From Patescibacteria group bacterium (GTDB taxonomy: Bacteria; Patescibacteriota; Patescibacteriia; UBA9934): a stretch of 64,000 nucleotides of DNA. This document shows positions 37,362 to 46,524 of the stretch, piece after piece. The position numbers and the translations under genes were made by a program. Position 1 is the stretch's first letter; each line of letters starts with the position of its first letter. Under the pieces are notes generated by a model, which saw nothing but the letters and a program-made list of their open reading frames with translations, made no database searches and was not told the origin of the DNA. The DNA is taken from positions 4,686 to 68,685 of the forward strand of contig JBBTSM010000005.1 in NCBI GenBank assembly GCA_038064675.1, read 5' to 3'.

Positions 37362-38165
37362 CTACGCATTCATCGGAAGCTGTGGGACGTTTGGATTTTG
37401 ACGTGGCTTGCGTGGACGACCGCGGCCTTGTGGTTTGTTCTGTGCGGGAGCTTCCGGTTTCTTATTGAAACGGATTGGAGCAATCGGGACTGCTGCGATT
37501 GGTGGGGCGGTGAGGATGTTTGTTTGTTTTGGATTCACGCGTTCAGCCAGTTCTTTTTTTGGTACTTCGATTGCTTTGTTTGCAACCTGCTCGGCGATGA
37601 CATCATCGAAGGTGTCAGTGGACGACGATAGGTGATGCTGTGGTGGTCGGTGACCGTTTGCGCTGCCGATAAGGAACGCTTTCTTGTCTTGCGAAAGATT
37701 TGTGTAGATGTCGGCGACTTCGACGAGTTTGCTTGATGTGGATTCGCGGAAGGATACGACGTGGAAAATACGGCCGCGGCTTTTCACGTAATCAGCAAGC
37801 GCGCAGTAGTCACCGTCGCCAGAAACCATCACCACAACGTCTACCATGTCGAGCATACGAACGACGTCGATTGTGATACCAACGTCCCAGTCTCCCTTTT
37901 TGTGTCCGCTATCGTACTCAAGAAGTTCTTTGGTGTTGAGTTCGATGCCCATTGCCTGAAGGGCTTCGAAGAATGGCCGTTCTTCACCGGTTTTGGTCGA
38001 GATGGTGTACGCAATAGCGCGAATAAGTTTCTGATTGCCAACTGCGGCCTTCACAATGGCACCAAAGTTTACTTTCGCACCGTAAATGTTGCGCGCACTG
38101 TAGTACATGTTCTGAACGTCGATGAAAACGCCGACGCGGCGGGTGGATGTGTCGATAAGAGCCAT
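37362..38165 (-). CDS. NYN-domain (LabA/YacP-like PIN-fold) protein with basic Pro-rich tail
   Basis: MALIDTSTRRVGVFIDVQNMYYSAR...VMVSGDGDYCALADYVKSRG; C-terminal RGRPRKPRQNP tail; sits between rpsO and pnp. Confidence 0.7.
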   Translation of the reverse strand: MALIDTSTRRVGVFIDVQNMYYSARNIYGAKVNFGAIVKAAVGNQKLIRAIAYTISTKTGEERPFFEALQAMGIELNTKELLEYDSGHKKGDWDVGITIDVVRMLDMVDVVVMVSGDGDYCALADYVKSRGRIFHVVSFRESTSSKLVEVADIYTNLSQDKKAFLIGSANGHRPPQHHLSSSTDTFDDVIAEQVANKAIEVPKKELAERVNPKQTNILTAPPIAAVPIAPIRFNKKPEAPAQNKPQGRGRPRKPRQNPNVPQLPMNA

Positions 38166-38257
38166 AGTGATATGCGGCGGAAAAATGGGCCGCGGATAAA
38201 TAGTGAAAATCCCACGCCTCAGCATCGTATCACGATGCGAGAACGTGGGATGTTGTG

Positions 38258-38524
38258 TTACTTCTTCAAACCGAGCGCTTCGATGAGTTCTGCGTACGCT
38301 GTAGCGTTTTCGCGCTCCAAGTACTTCAGCAAACGTCGGCGTTCTGCAACCTTCTTCACCAAACCGCGGCGGGAACTAAAGTCCTTGCGGTGGGTTTTGA
38401 GGTGCTTGGTAAGCTCCTTCACTTCGGCAGACAAAATGGCGATCTGCACCTGTGGGGAACCCGTGTCCGAATCGTGTGTTCGGAACTTTTTAATGAGCTT
38501 TTCCTTGGTGGCCTTGTCCAGCAT
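38258..38524 (-). CDS. rpsO: 30S ribosomal protein S15
   Basis: 88 aa; TGSPQVQIAILSAEVKELTKHLKTHRKDFSSRRGLVKKVAERRRLLKYL. Confidence 0.9.
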   Translation of the reverse strand: MLDKATKEKLIKKFRTHDSDTGSPQVQIAILSAEVKELTKHLKTHRKDFSSRRGLVKKVAERRRLLKYLERENATAYAELIEALGLKK

Positions 38525-38907
38525 AGTCTTGAAAAATTTAGCCGATTATCGGAGTAACGGGAGCTGAACCCCGAAACCACGAAAAACGGAGGATATTAAC
38601 GGGGAGAAGCGTACCTGAAGTAAGGGGAAAAGGCAAGATTTTGATAAAAAGACACGCGCCCGGACTCTTCACAAAGGAAGTGTTCGAGCGCGGCAGCCTT
38701 TCGTGTTCATCCTGTCGCGACCGTGAGACGGCAGGGCGGTCGGAAATTCGACAAACGCCGAATAATCGTGTAACCGACGGAAAATCGTACAGAATTTCAG
38801 AATTCTTGTCCAGTGTTTCATAAAATGAGAAGCGCGTCCGGACCGTGAGGCCCAGGACGGCTTCGAACGGTTCGGACGCGCGCAGAGTGCGTCAAGGAGA
38901 TGAGAAG

Positions 38908-39015
38908 TCACTCGCAATGCAAGAGATGGACGATTCCGTAGGCTGTGAGGACGCCTACGACGGTAGCGAGACCGAGCATGAGTCCGATGATGAGGGCCTC
39001 GATCGTTCTTTTCAT
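38908..39015 (-). CDS. candidate 35-aa hydrophobic small membrane peptide
   Basis: MKRTIEALIIGLMLGLATVVGVLTAYGIVHLLHCE; AAGGAAGG SD 4 nt upstream of ATG (39013-39015); followed by GC hairpin (38833-38880) + T-run on the minus strand. Confidence 0.3.
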   Translation of the reverse strand: MKRTIEALIIGLMLGLATVVGVLTAYGIVHLLHCE

Positions 39016-39160
39016 GTTTCCTTCCTTGATTGCTCTGGTATTTAAGCTCATTTTTCATAATTTGTCCATCATTAACACCATTTAAAATAGTGGTCATCTA
39101 GCGGACCTAGAGAAGTCTCTTGACGTAATGTGTCGCAAAAATTTGGTATGATGGCGAAAT

Positions 39161-40087
39161 ATGGCAAAGGCGCTGAAGGATTTGATGAGGGAATTTTGTG
39201 AGTATCTCGAAATCGAGCGAGGAAGAAGTGATAAAACGACGAAGAATTATGCGTTTTATCTCCATCGGTTTGCGGAATGGGCGAAATGGCCGAATCCGGG
39301 GGAGATTGAGCTGGAAATGGTACGAAAGTATCGTTTGTATTTGAATCGAGAAATTGCGGGGCGCGACGAAGAGTCGTTGCAGAAGAACACGCAAAACTAT
39401 CACCTCATCGCGTTGCGGGCATTTTTGAAATACTTAGCGAAGCGCGATATTAAGACGCTGTCTGCCGATAAGATCGAGCTCGCAAAACAAGGCTCGCGGC
39501 ATGTGACATTCCTTGAACCAGAAGAGCTGACTCGATTTTTAACCGGACCCGATGGCGACGACTCATTGGTGGGGCTTCGCGACAAGGCAATTCTTGAACT
39601 CCTGTTTTCGACCGGACTTCGAGTCTCCGAGTGTGCCGGACTCCGAATCGACCAGGTGAATTTGAAGCGAGAGGAGTTCACGGTGAAGGGAAAAGGGAGC
39701 AAGCATCGTGTAGTTTTTCTCGCCGACGACGCGAAGCGCGCGCTGAAGGCGTATCTCGAACGTCGTCGCGACGTTTCCGATTATCTTTTCGTTCGTCACG
39801 ACCGTGCTCGTCACAACGTCGAATCCCCCGCCCCGCTTACACCGCGCTCCGTTCAGCGCATCGTCGATCGTTACGCCCGTCTCGCCGGCATCACAAAGGC
39901 CGTTACTCCCCACACGCTTCGTCATACATTCGCGACCGATCTTCTTCGCAACGGCGCAGACATCCGATCGGTCCAATCACTCCTCGGGCACGAATCCATC
40001 ACAACGACGCAGGTGTATACGCACATTACTGATAAAGAATTGAAGCGCGTGTATTCAAAGTTTCATGGGAAACAGAACGTGAATTGA
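39161..40087 (+). CDS. tyrosine site-specific recombinase XerC/XerD family
   Basis: 308 aa; N-terminal SAM-like core-binding, catalytic R..HxxR..Y: HTLRHTFATDLL, LLGHESITTTQVYTH. Confidence 0.8.
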   Translation: MAKALKDLMREFCEYLEIERGRSDKTTKNYAFYLHRFAEWAKWPNPGEIELEMVRKYRLYLNREIAGRDEESLQKNTQNYHLIALRAFLKYLAKRDIKTLSADKIELAKQGSRHVTFLEPEELTRFLTGPDGDDSLVGLRDKAILELLFSTGLRVSECAGLRIDQVNLKREEFTVKGKGSKHRVVFLADDAKRALKAYLERRRDVSDYLFVRHDRARHNVESPAPLTPRSVQRIVDRYARLAGITKAVTPHTLRHTFATDLLRNGADIRSVQSLLGHESITTTQVYTHITDKELKRVYSKFHGKQNVN

Positions 40088-40132
40088 CCTTTATTTTGTT
40101 GAGGTTTACTCTCCAGAGGCTAGGGGTTTACG

Positions 40133-40600
40133 ATGACGAATCTGGTTCTGTATCTGATTGTTGCAGCGTGTGTTCTGCTCTGCGCGGCCGTGGCTATGCT
40201 GGTTTGGGCTCTTTTGTGGCTCAATCGTGTCACGCCTGTGGCGCTTGATGTCTGTGGTTCCCTTGGGGATCGGTGTGGAAACCTCCCTCTGAGTGGGGAC
40301 GAATCATCGATCAAGCTCGGGGAGCATTCGGATTCTCCTCGGGGGTGTTTTGGGAACGAGAGTCATCGCGTCCTGTACTGGCGAACCGACTGGAGGGCTT
40401 CCCGTACTGGCGGATCGCTCGTAGAGACGATTTCGGTTGCCGAAAGCGGGCGTGAGGGGAACTTCCGTGTGACTTTCCGGGATGGGCAGATGGTTCAGTG
40501 GAATGAGTCTGGGCTTCCCGGACGGCCGCCGTCGGACACGACGACGGGAGCGTTGTTGGGGATTCTTATTTGCGTTCGACGGGCCGCCGGGTTCCGCTAG
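40133..40600 (+). CDS. hypothetical GC-rich membrane protein (155 aa)
   Basis: ATG start; N-terminal TM LVLYLIVAACVLLCAAVAMLVWALLWL; about 60% GC. Confidence 0.4.
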   Translation: MTNLVLYLIVAACVLLCAAVAMLVWALLWLNRVTPVALDVCGSLGDRCGNLPLSGDESSIKLGEHSDSPRGCFGNESHRVLYWRTDWRASRTGGSLVETISVAESGREGNFRVTFRDGQMVQWNESGLPGRPPSDTTTGALLGILICVRRAAGFR

Positions 40601-40685
40601 ATCCGGTCCCATGACGTGCTGAGCGCGGTCCCTGTGGCCGCGCTCGTGTTGTTTGAAATTGAATCTTATTCATATAGTAGAAAGC

Positions 40686-40714
40686 AAAAAACCTCCCGAA
40701 AGGGAGATTTTTTG
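40686..40714. terminator. bidirectional hairpin terminator
   Basis: aaaaacctccc-gaaa-gggagatttttt. Confidence 0.45.
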
Positions 40715-40715
40715 A

Positions 40716-40790
40716 TGGGGCGACTAGAGGGGATCGAACCCTCGTAGCCGGGACCACAACCCGGTGCTCTACCATTGAGCTATAGCCGCC
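40716..40790 (-). tRNA. tRNA-His (GTG), G-1 encoded, C73 discriminator
   Basis: reverse complement gGCGGCTATAGCTCAATGGTAGAGCACCGGGTTGTGGTCCCGG...GAGGGTTCGATCCCCTCTAGTCGCcCCA; anticodon loop TTGTGGT. Confidence 0.8.
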
Positions 40791-40798
40791 ATGTTTGA

Positions 40799-40919
40799 GA
40801 GCGTCCCCAGTTTGCCCATTTTCGGCTTATGTCATCGTAAACTTGCTCATCGTACCGAGAAGTACGTCTCGCAAGCTTTGCTCGACATGCACCGAAACTG
40901 ATCTAAACTGGGAACGCTC
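40799..40919 (+). repeat. structured repeat family copy B (between tRNA-His and tRNA-Arg)
   Basis: 15-bp closing helix gagcgtccccagttt/aaactgggaacgctc; core attttcgg...cgtaccgagaagtacg...caccgaaact. Confidence 0.5.
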
Positions 40920-40995
40920 TCACTGATAACGCATGCGAGAATACCAGCTTTTTTTCGCTGTTGCAAGACGGGAATGCCGTGTATTCGGCGTAGAT

Positions 40996-41072
40996 TGGTG
41001 CTCCGAGGTGGAATCGAACCACCGACCTTGGGCTTAGAAGTCCCCTGCTCTATCCAACTGAGCTATCGGAGC
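40996..41072 (-). tRNA. tRNA-Arg (TCT), anticodon stem with two purine-purine mismatches
   Basis: GCTCCGATAGCTCAGTTGGATAGAGCAGGGGACTTCTAAGCCCAAGGTCGGTGGTTCGATTCCACCTCGGAGCACCA; perfect acceptor/T arms. Confidence 0.65.
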
Positions 41073-41193
41073 GCAAGCCTACGCAGAACGCGGTGGGATC
41101 TTAGCATTCCTTTGCGCTTTTGGAAAGGAGAATTTGGCTAAGCCTTCATGGTTTTTTGGCGTCTGGTGGAATTTCCGATACACTTTGCGCAAT

Positions 41194-43827
41194 ATGATGA
41201 CGGCTCAAAAGACCTTTCTAATCTTGGACGGAAACGCATTACTTCATCGTGCGTGGCATGCGGTTCCGCCGCTTACAACACAGGACGGCCGCGTGGTGAA
41301 CGCGGTGTACGGCTTTGCGATGGTTATTGAGAAGATGCGTTCCGAGCTGAAGCCAGACTTCATGGCCGTGGCATGGGATTTGCCTGGCGGAACGTTCCGA
41401 CATGAGGAATACGCGGAGTATAAAGCGACGCGAGAGAAGAAGGCGCAGGAGCTGTACGACCAGATTCCGATGATTCAGGAACTGTTGAAGCCGTACGGGA
41501 TTCCTTCGCTTTCCGTTCCTGGATTTGAAGGTGATGACATCTTGGGAACGATTAGCGCGATGAACGAGGCTAATGGCGTGAAGACGCTGATCGTGACTGG
41601 GGATCTCGATGCCTTGCAACTTGTGACGCCGATGACGCACGTGGTCTTTTTTGTGAAAGGATTGTCGCAAACGAAGCTCTACGATAACGCCGCAGTGAAG
41701 GAGCGTTACGGATTGAATCCTTCGCAACTCATCGATTACAAAACATTGGTTGGTGATACGTCGGATAATCTTCCGGGCATTCGCGGAATCGGCGAAAAGG
41801 GCGCGGTTGAACTCATCAATACCTTTAAGACCGTTGATGGGATTTTTGATGCAATGAAGCGCGGAGATCTTCCGGAGAAGTTCGTGAAGAAATTCGAAGA
41901 TCAGGAAACACATGCCGCACAGATGAGGCGAATGGTGACGGTGGTTCGCGACGTTCCACTCAAGGGATTTTCACGCGACGATGCAAAAATTCAGCATCCG
42001 AATCTTGAGGCGCTTCTTCCGATTCTGCGTGATTTCGAATTCAAGACACTGTTGAAGAAGTACGAGGGAAAAGATGAGAAAGCCGATCGTGAAGCCCCGA
42101 TCGCGAAAAACGTCGCTCCATCAAGGGGCTCGTCAAAACGTCACGCTTCTCTTCCTGCCGGATCGCTGGCCGATCTCGAGCTTGATCGGATTGGTGTCGT
42201 TATTCAGCCAAAGGAAAAAGATCTTTTTTGTGGATCAATCGCCGCTATCGCGGTTACCGATGGTCGAAATGTTGTGTCGATGAATGATCCTGTCGCGGAT
42301 GACCTCAAGAAGATCGTTGCAATCATCAGCAAGGCGAAGACGATCATCGCACATGACATTAAGGCCATTCTGCACATCATCGATGATCTCGGAATCAATC
42401 TTGCGGACGTGCTTCGTCGTCCATTTTTCGACACACAGGTTGCGGCATATCTTCTTGCGTCCGGTGATCGCGAATTTGGGTATCGAGAGATCGTTCAATC
42501 CACACTTGGTGCATCGATTTCGGTGGATGCGAGTGCTCAAGAAATGATTGGTGCACTGTTGCCGCTTGCGACTATCCTTGATCGGAGACTTGCTGATGAA
42601 GGAATGAAGAAACTCGCAGACGAGATTGAGATGCCGCTCATCTCTGTACTGTTCGCGATGGAAAAAGATGGATTCGCGGTCGATAGCAAGCATCTCGCAA
42701 CGTTGTCGAAGAAGTTCGATGATCGACTGCAGGAACTCACGAAATCGATTCATATCGATGCTGGCCGTGAATTTAACATCAATTCCCCATCGCAACTCGC
42801 CGATGTCCTATTTATCGATCTCGCGATTCCAACAAAGGGGATCAAAAAGACGAAGAGTGGATTTTCGACTGCTGCGCCAGAACTTGAGAAGATCGTTGAT
42901 GCTCATGCAATTGTGAACAAGATTTCGGAGTACCGAGAACTTGCAAAACTGAAGGGAACGTATGCAGACACATTGCCGAAGTTGGTCAAGGCTGACGGCA
43001 GAATTCATGCGCGATTCAATCAGTGCGTTGCGGCAACGGGGCGATTGTCGGGATCGGATCCAAATTTGCAGAATATTCCGATTCGATCTGACCTTGGACG
43101 CGAAATCCGAAAAGCATTCGTTGCGGCGCCGGGTTGTGTGTTGCTGAGCGCCGATTATTCGCAGATTGAACTTCGATTGGCGGCATCGATCGCAAAGGAC
43201 CGATCGTTTATTGAAGCGTTTACCGACGGCGCAGATATTCATAAACGTACCGCGGCAGAAATGTGGAGCATTGACGAGAATGATGTGACGAAGGAGCAGC
43301 GATATGCGGCGAAGGCGATTAACTTCGGTATTCTGTATGGTATAGGTGCTCGAGCGTTGGCGAAGAGCGCGAACGTTCGTTTTGAAGAGGCGAAGGAATT
43401 CATTGATCGCTATTTCATGGCGCATCCAGGAATTCGATCCTATCTTGATGCAACAAAGCTTCAGGCGCATGCAGATGGTTTTGTGACTTCCTTTTTTGGA
43501 CGTCGACGATACCTGCCTGATGTGAATTCCGGTATGCCGCAACTTGTTGCTGCCGCAGAACGCATGGCAATCAATATGCCAATTCAGGCAACGCAAGCCG
43601 ACATTATTAAGATGGCGATGAACGCAGTTGCGGAATATCTCCGAGCGTCCAAGATTGACGCACGGATGATTGCGCAGGTTCACGATGAGCTTGTCTTCGA
43701 AGTTCAGAAGTCGGACGCCGAAGAGCTTGGAAAGAATATCCGATCAATCATGGCGTCGATCGCGGAATTCGATGTTCCGTTGGTTGTGGATGTCGATACT
43801 GCGAACTCTTGGGGTGACATGGAATAA
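41194..43827 (+). CDS. polA: DNA polymerase I (5'-3' exonuclease + polymerase domains)
   Basis: FLILDGNALLHRAWHA (5' nuclease), pol motifs DYSQIELR, KAINFGILYG, VHDELVFE; ATG 41194 (ORF opens 41134). Confidence 0.9.
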   Translation: MMTAQKTFLILDGNALLHRAWHAVPPLTTQDGRVVNAVYGFAMVIEKMRSELKPDFMAVAWDLPGGTFRHEEYAEYKATREKKAQELYDQIPMIQELLKPYGIPSLSVPGFEGDDILGTISAMNEANGVKTLIVTGDLDALQLVTPMTHVVFFVKGLSQTKLYDNAAVKERYGLNPSQLIDYKTLVGDTSDNLPGIRGIGEKGAVELINTFKTVDGIFDAMKRGDLPEKFVKKFEDQETHAAQMRRMVTVVRDVPLKGFSRDDAKIQHPNLEALLPILRDFEFKTLLKKYEGKDEKADREAPIAKNVAPSRGSSKRHASLPAGSLADLELDRIGVVIQPKEKDLFCGSIAAIAVTDGRNVVSMNDPVADDLKKIVAIISKAKTIIAHDIKAILHIIDDLGINLADVLRRPFFDTQVAAYLLASGDREFGYREIVQSTLGASISVDASAQEMIGALLPLATILDRRLADEGMKKLADEIEMPLISVLFAMEKDGFAVDSKHLATLSKKFDDRLQELTKSIHIDAGREFNINSPSQLADVLFIDLAIPTKGIKKTKSGFSTAAPELEKIVDAHAIVNKISEYRELAKLKGTYADTLPKLVKADGRIHARFNQCVAATGRLSGSDPNLQNIPIRSDLGREIRKAFVAAPGCVLLSADYSQIELRLAASIAKDRSFIEAFTDGADIHKRTAAEMWSIDENDVTKEQRYAAKAINFGILYGIGARALAKSANVRFEEAKEFIDRYFMAHPGIRSYLDATKLQAHADGFVTSFFGRRRYLPDVNSGMPQLVAAAERMAINMPIQATQADIIKMAMNAVAEYLRASKIDARMIAQVHDELVFEVQKSDAEELGKNIRSIMASIAEFDVPLVVDVDTANSWGDME

Positions 43828-43829
43828 GT

Positions 43830-44822
43830 ATGATTTTGCTTGTTTACGGTGACGATGCATTTCGCGTGAAGGAGCGATCGCGAGAGTTTGTTGAGAAGTT
43901 TGCAGAGAAATTCGATCCGACGCGGATGAATATCGACGAGTTTGTGTTTGCGAAGAAGGACGATGTGAGTTTGGCGCGTGTCGCGGAGGCGATTGCGGCC
44001 TCTCCGTTTCTTTCCGCGAAGCGCATGGTTCGTGTTGATGGAATTTTTTCGACCGTTACGACCAAACCGGATGCGGAGCCTTGGGCTGCTATGCTTGAAC
44101 GCGTTCCCGAGTCAACGATTTTGGTGTTGGTTGATGCATCGTCAAAAGAAAAGGTGGAGAAGACTGAGGTATGGAAACGCGTTTCGGTAATGAAAGATGT
44201 TCATAGCTATCCATTACCTGCGTTATCGGGATCGGAACTCCAGACGTGGATCGCGAATCGAGCAAAGACGCATGGCGCGGTCATGGTTCCAGCGGTGAGC
44301 TCGGCGCTCGTCGATCGTGTTGGGAATGATTCGTGGAGGCTAGAAACGGAAATTGGGAAGCTTTCGGCGTATGCTGGTGATGCGCCGATTTCGGAAGAGA
44401 TGATCGCGAAACTTGTTTCGAGCGAGTATCGGGAAGATATCTTTGCGCTGATGGATGCAATGAGTGCGGATCGGGCATCGTTTGCGCTGAAGAAACTGCA
44501 TGAGGAACGGGTTGCTGGAGCTGATGAATTCCCGTTGTTTGGGATGTTGATGCGGCAGATTCGATTGTTGCTCCAAGTTCGATCGCTGTGTGATGAGTCA
44601 CCGACTGTTGGAAAACAGGATGTCGCAAACGCTTTGGGTTTGCACCCATTTGTTGCGCAAAAGGTGCTCGGAGAGGCCCGTCGTCGATCGTTTGATCGAA
44701 TGAAACAGTGGCACGGTTTGGCGTCGGATCTAGATTTTGCGATGAAACGAGGCCTTGCGGCAGATGTGGCGGTAGATCGGTTGGTTGCGGCGATGCTTGA
44801 CGATTCTAGTATACTTCGCTAA
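43830..44822 (+). CDS. holA: DNA polymerase III delta subunit
   Basis: 330 aa; LVYGDDAFRVKERSREFVEKF start typical of HolA; immediately follows polA. Confidence 0.7.
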   Translation: MILLVYGDDAFRVKERSREFVEKFAEKFDPTRMNIDEFVFAKKDDVSLARVAEAIAASPFLSAKRMVRVDGIFSTVTTKPDAEPWAAMLERVPESTILVLVDASSKEKVEKTEVWKRVSVMKDVHSYPLPALSGSELQTWIANRAKTHGAVMVPAVSSALVDRVGNDSWRLETEIGKLSAYAGDAPISEEMIAKLVSSEYREDIFALMDAMSADRASFALKKLHEERVAGADEFPLFGMLMRQIRLLLQVRSLCDESPTVGKQDVANALGLHPFVAQKVLGEARRRSFDRMKQWHGLASDLDFAMKRGLAADVAVDRLVAAMLDDSSILR

Positions 44823-44861
44823 TATTCGCTCATTCTTATTGGGAATTTCTTCACGATATCT

Positions 44862-45164
44862 ATGCCAAATCTTCGAAATGCTAAGAAAGCGTTGAATCAG
44901 AGCCGCGTTCGCGCCGTTCGCAATGCAAACGTGAAGGGTCATATCGATACGATGCGTCGCTCGTTCCGTAAGCTTTTGGAAGCTGGAAAGATCGAAGATG
45001 CACAGAAATTGGTTCGTGAGCTCGACCAGGCAATGGACAAAGCGGTCACAAAGCATGTCTTCAAAGCGAACACCGCAGCTCGTGTAAAGTCCCGCACCAT
45101 GCTCGCCTTGAACAAGGCTGCTGCAGCGCCAAAGAAAGAAGTTGTCGCAAAGAAATCAAAGTAA
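44862..45164 (+). CDS. rpsT: 30S ribosomal protein S20
   Basis: MPNLRNAKKALNQSRVRAVRNANVKGHIDTMRR... Confidence 0.9.
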   Translation: MPNLRNAKKALNQSRVRAVRNANVKGHIDTMRRSFRKLLEAGKIEDAQKLVRELDQAMDKAVTKHVFKANTAARVKSRTMLALNKAAAAPKKEVVAKKSK

Positions 45165-45169
45165 ATTAA

Positions 45170-45203
45170 AATCGCCACGCAAATGCGTGGCGATTTTTTT
45201 ATT
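45170..45203. terminator. bidirectional intrinsic terminator rpsT/rmuC
   Basis: aatcgccacgc-aaat-gcgtggcgatt followed by ttttttt. Confidence 0.7.
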
Positions 45204-46347
45204 CAAGAATCGGCCTTTCGATGCCAGGGGTTTCGATGATGTCTTCAGCTGGTCCGTCGGTAAGCTTCACAACGTCCTTGCTCATCTTCTTGAGTTCATT
45301 GCTTGAGTTGTTGAACTGATTCACCACGGTACTGACGGCATTGCCGAGTTTGCCGTGATATTCTGCGTAGGTCCTGAAATGCTTTCCAAGATCGGCCACT
45401 CGCTTAATGATATCTTGTGCCTTCTCTTCGATTTTCATTGCATGGAGGGCCTGGAGAACAGTTTGAAGATATGCGAGGAACGACGTTGGTGACACGATGA
45501 TGACGTGATATTTGCTTGCGGCGCGTTGGATAAGATTCTCGTTGTCCTCTTGTGTTGAGCCGATTTTGTTTACGAGAAGATCGTAGTAAATGGCTTCATG
45601 TGGAATGAACATGAACGCGAAATCCATCGTTCCCTTTCCTGGTTGAATATATTTTGATGTTTCAAGAATGCGATTTTTTAGATCGTTCACAAATAACTTT
45701 TCAAGTCGTTCCCGTTCTGTAGCGTCATCGGTTTCGGAGATACGGTTGTAGTTTTCAAGTGAAAATTTCGAATCAATCGGGATAATTTTATCCTTAACAA
45801 AGACGACAGCATCCGGGATCAGATCTTTATCTGCCTCATCTTTGCCGAGGCGATACTGCATCGCGTAACTTCCTGGCTCCATTGCGTTTTTCAGGAGCGT
45901 TTCAAGATAATATTCTCCTAGAATTCCTCGATGTTTTGGATTTTTCAGAATGTCTTGGAGGTTTCTGAGCTGTGATGAGAAATCGAGAACCTGCTTATTC
46001 GTTGCATCAAGAGTTGTGAGTTTCTCGGTGACGGCCTGGATGATCTTCGATGTCTCCGCGAATTGCGCGCTAATATTTTTTTGAGCGAGGTCCTGTTGCG
46101 AGAGAAGTGTTTTTTGTGAATCGGCAAGACCTCGATACAGTTGATCGTTCACTCGGTCGAGCTTTATTTGAACTTCTTGGCGTTGTTCGGTTGTGGCACG
46201 CAATAATTCCTCGCGAATACGGGTAATTTCGATAAGAAGATTTTGCGACGCCACAGAATCGCCTGAGTTGCGTTTTTGAAACCAGAAAAGTGCTCCTATC
46301 ACTGCGCCGAAACCGATAATGAGGATGATTGCGGTGGATGTTTCCAT
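45199..46347 (-). CDS. rmuC: DNA recombination protein RmuC
   Basis: 382 aa; N-terminal TM, long coiled coil, C-terminal RmuC nuclease-like domain (GKGTMDFAFMFIPHEAIY). Confidence 0.8.
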   Translation of the reverse strand: METSTAIILIIGFGAVIGALFWFQKRNSGDSVASQNLLIEITRIREELLRATTEQRQEVQIKLDRVNDQLYRGLADSQKTLLSQQDLAQKNISAQFAETSKIIQAVTEKLTTLDATNKQVLDFSSQLRNLQDILKNPKHRGILGEYYLETLLKNAMEPGSYAMQYRLGKDEADKDLIPDAVVFVKDKIIPIDSKFSLENYNRISETDDATERERLEKLFVNDLKNRILETSKYIQPGKGTMDFAFMFIPHEAIYYDLLVNKIGSTQEDNENLIQRAASKYHVIIVSPTSFLAYLQTVLQALHAMKIEEKAQDIIKRVADLGKHFRTYAEYHGKLGNAVSTVVNQFNNSSNELKKMSKDVVKLTDGPAEDIIETPGIERPILE

Positions 46348-46447
46348 AGAATTTTATTGACGCGACGTTGCAGCGATACGTATACTTCTCTCGCGTTCAT
46401 ACAGTATATCATGAATCAATGATATATTTTACGACACATAGAGCCGC

Positions 46448-46524
46448 GACCTCGTAGCTCAACTGGATAGAGCAGGTCCGTCCTAAGGACAAGGTTGCAG
46501 GTTCAACTCCCGCCGAGGTCACCA
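46448..46524 (+). tRNA. tRNA-Arg (CCT), with G27:A43 and A51:C63 non-canonical pairs
   Basis: GACCTCGTAGCTCAACTGGATAGAGCAGGTCCGTCCTAAGGACAAGGTTGCAGGTTCAACTCCCGCCGAGGTCACCA. Confidence 0.6.

Noticed and set aside
38540-38910. GC-rich 370-nt non-coding stretch as RNase P RNA, tmRNA or SRP RNA
   Set aside because: Only loose resemblance (gcccggactcttc vs P4 GGAAAGUCCGGGC). There are no universal P4/CR motifs or a tmRNA tRNA-like 3' end. It is better explained as the terminator of the upstream micro-ORF plus the rpsO leader.
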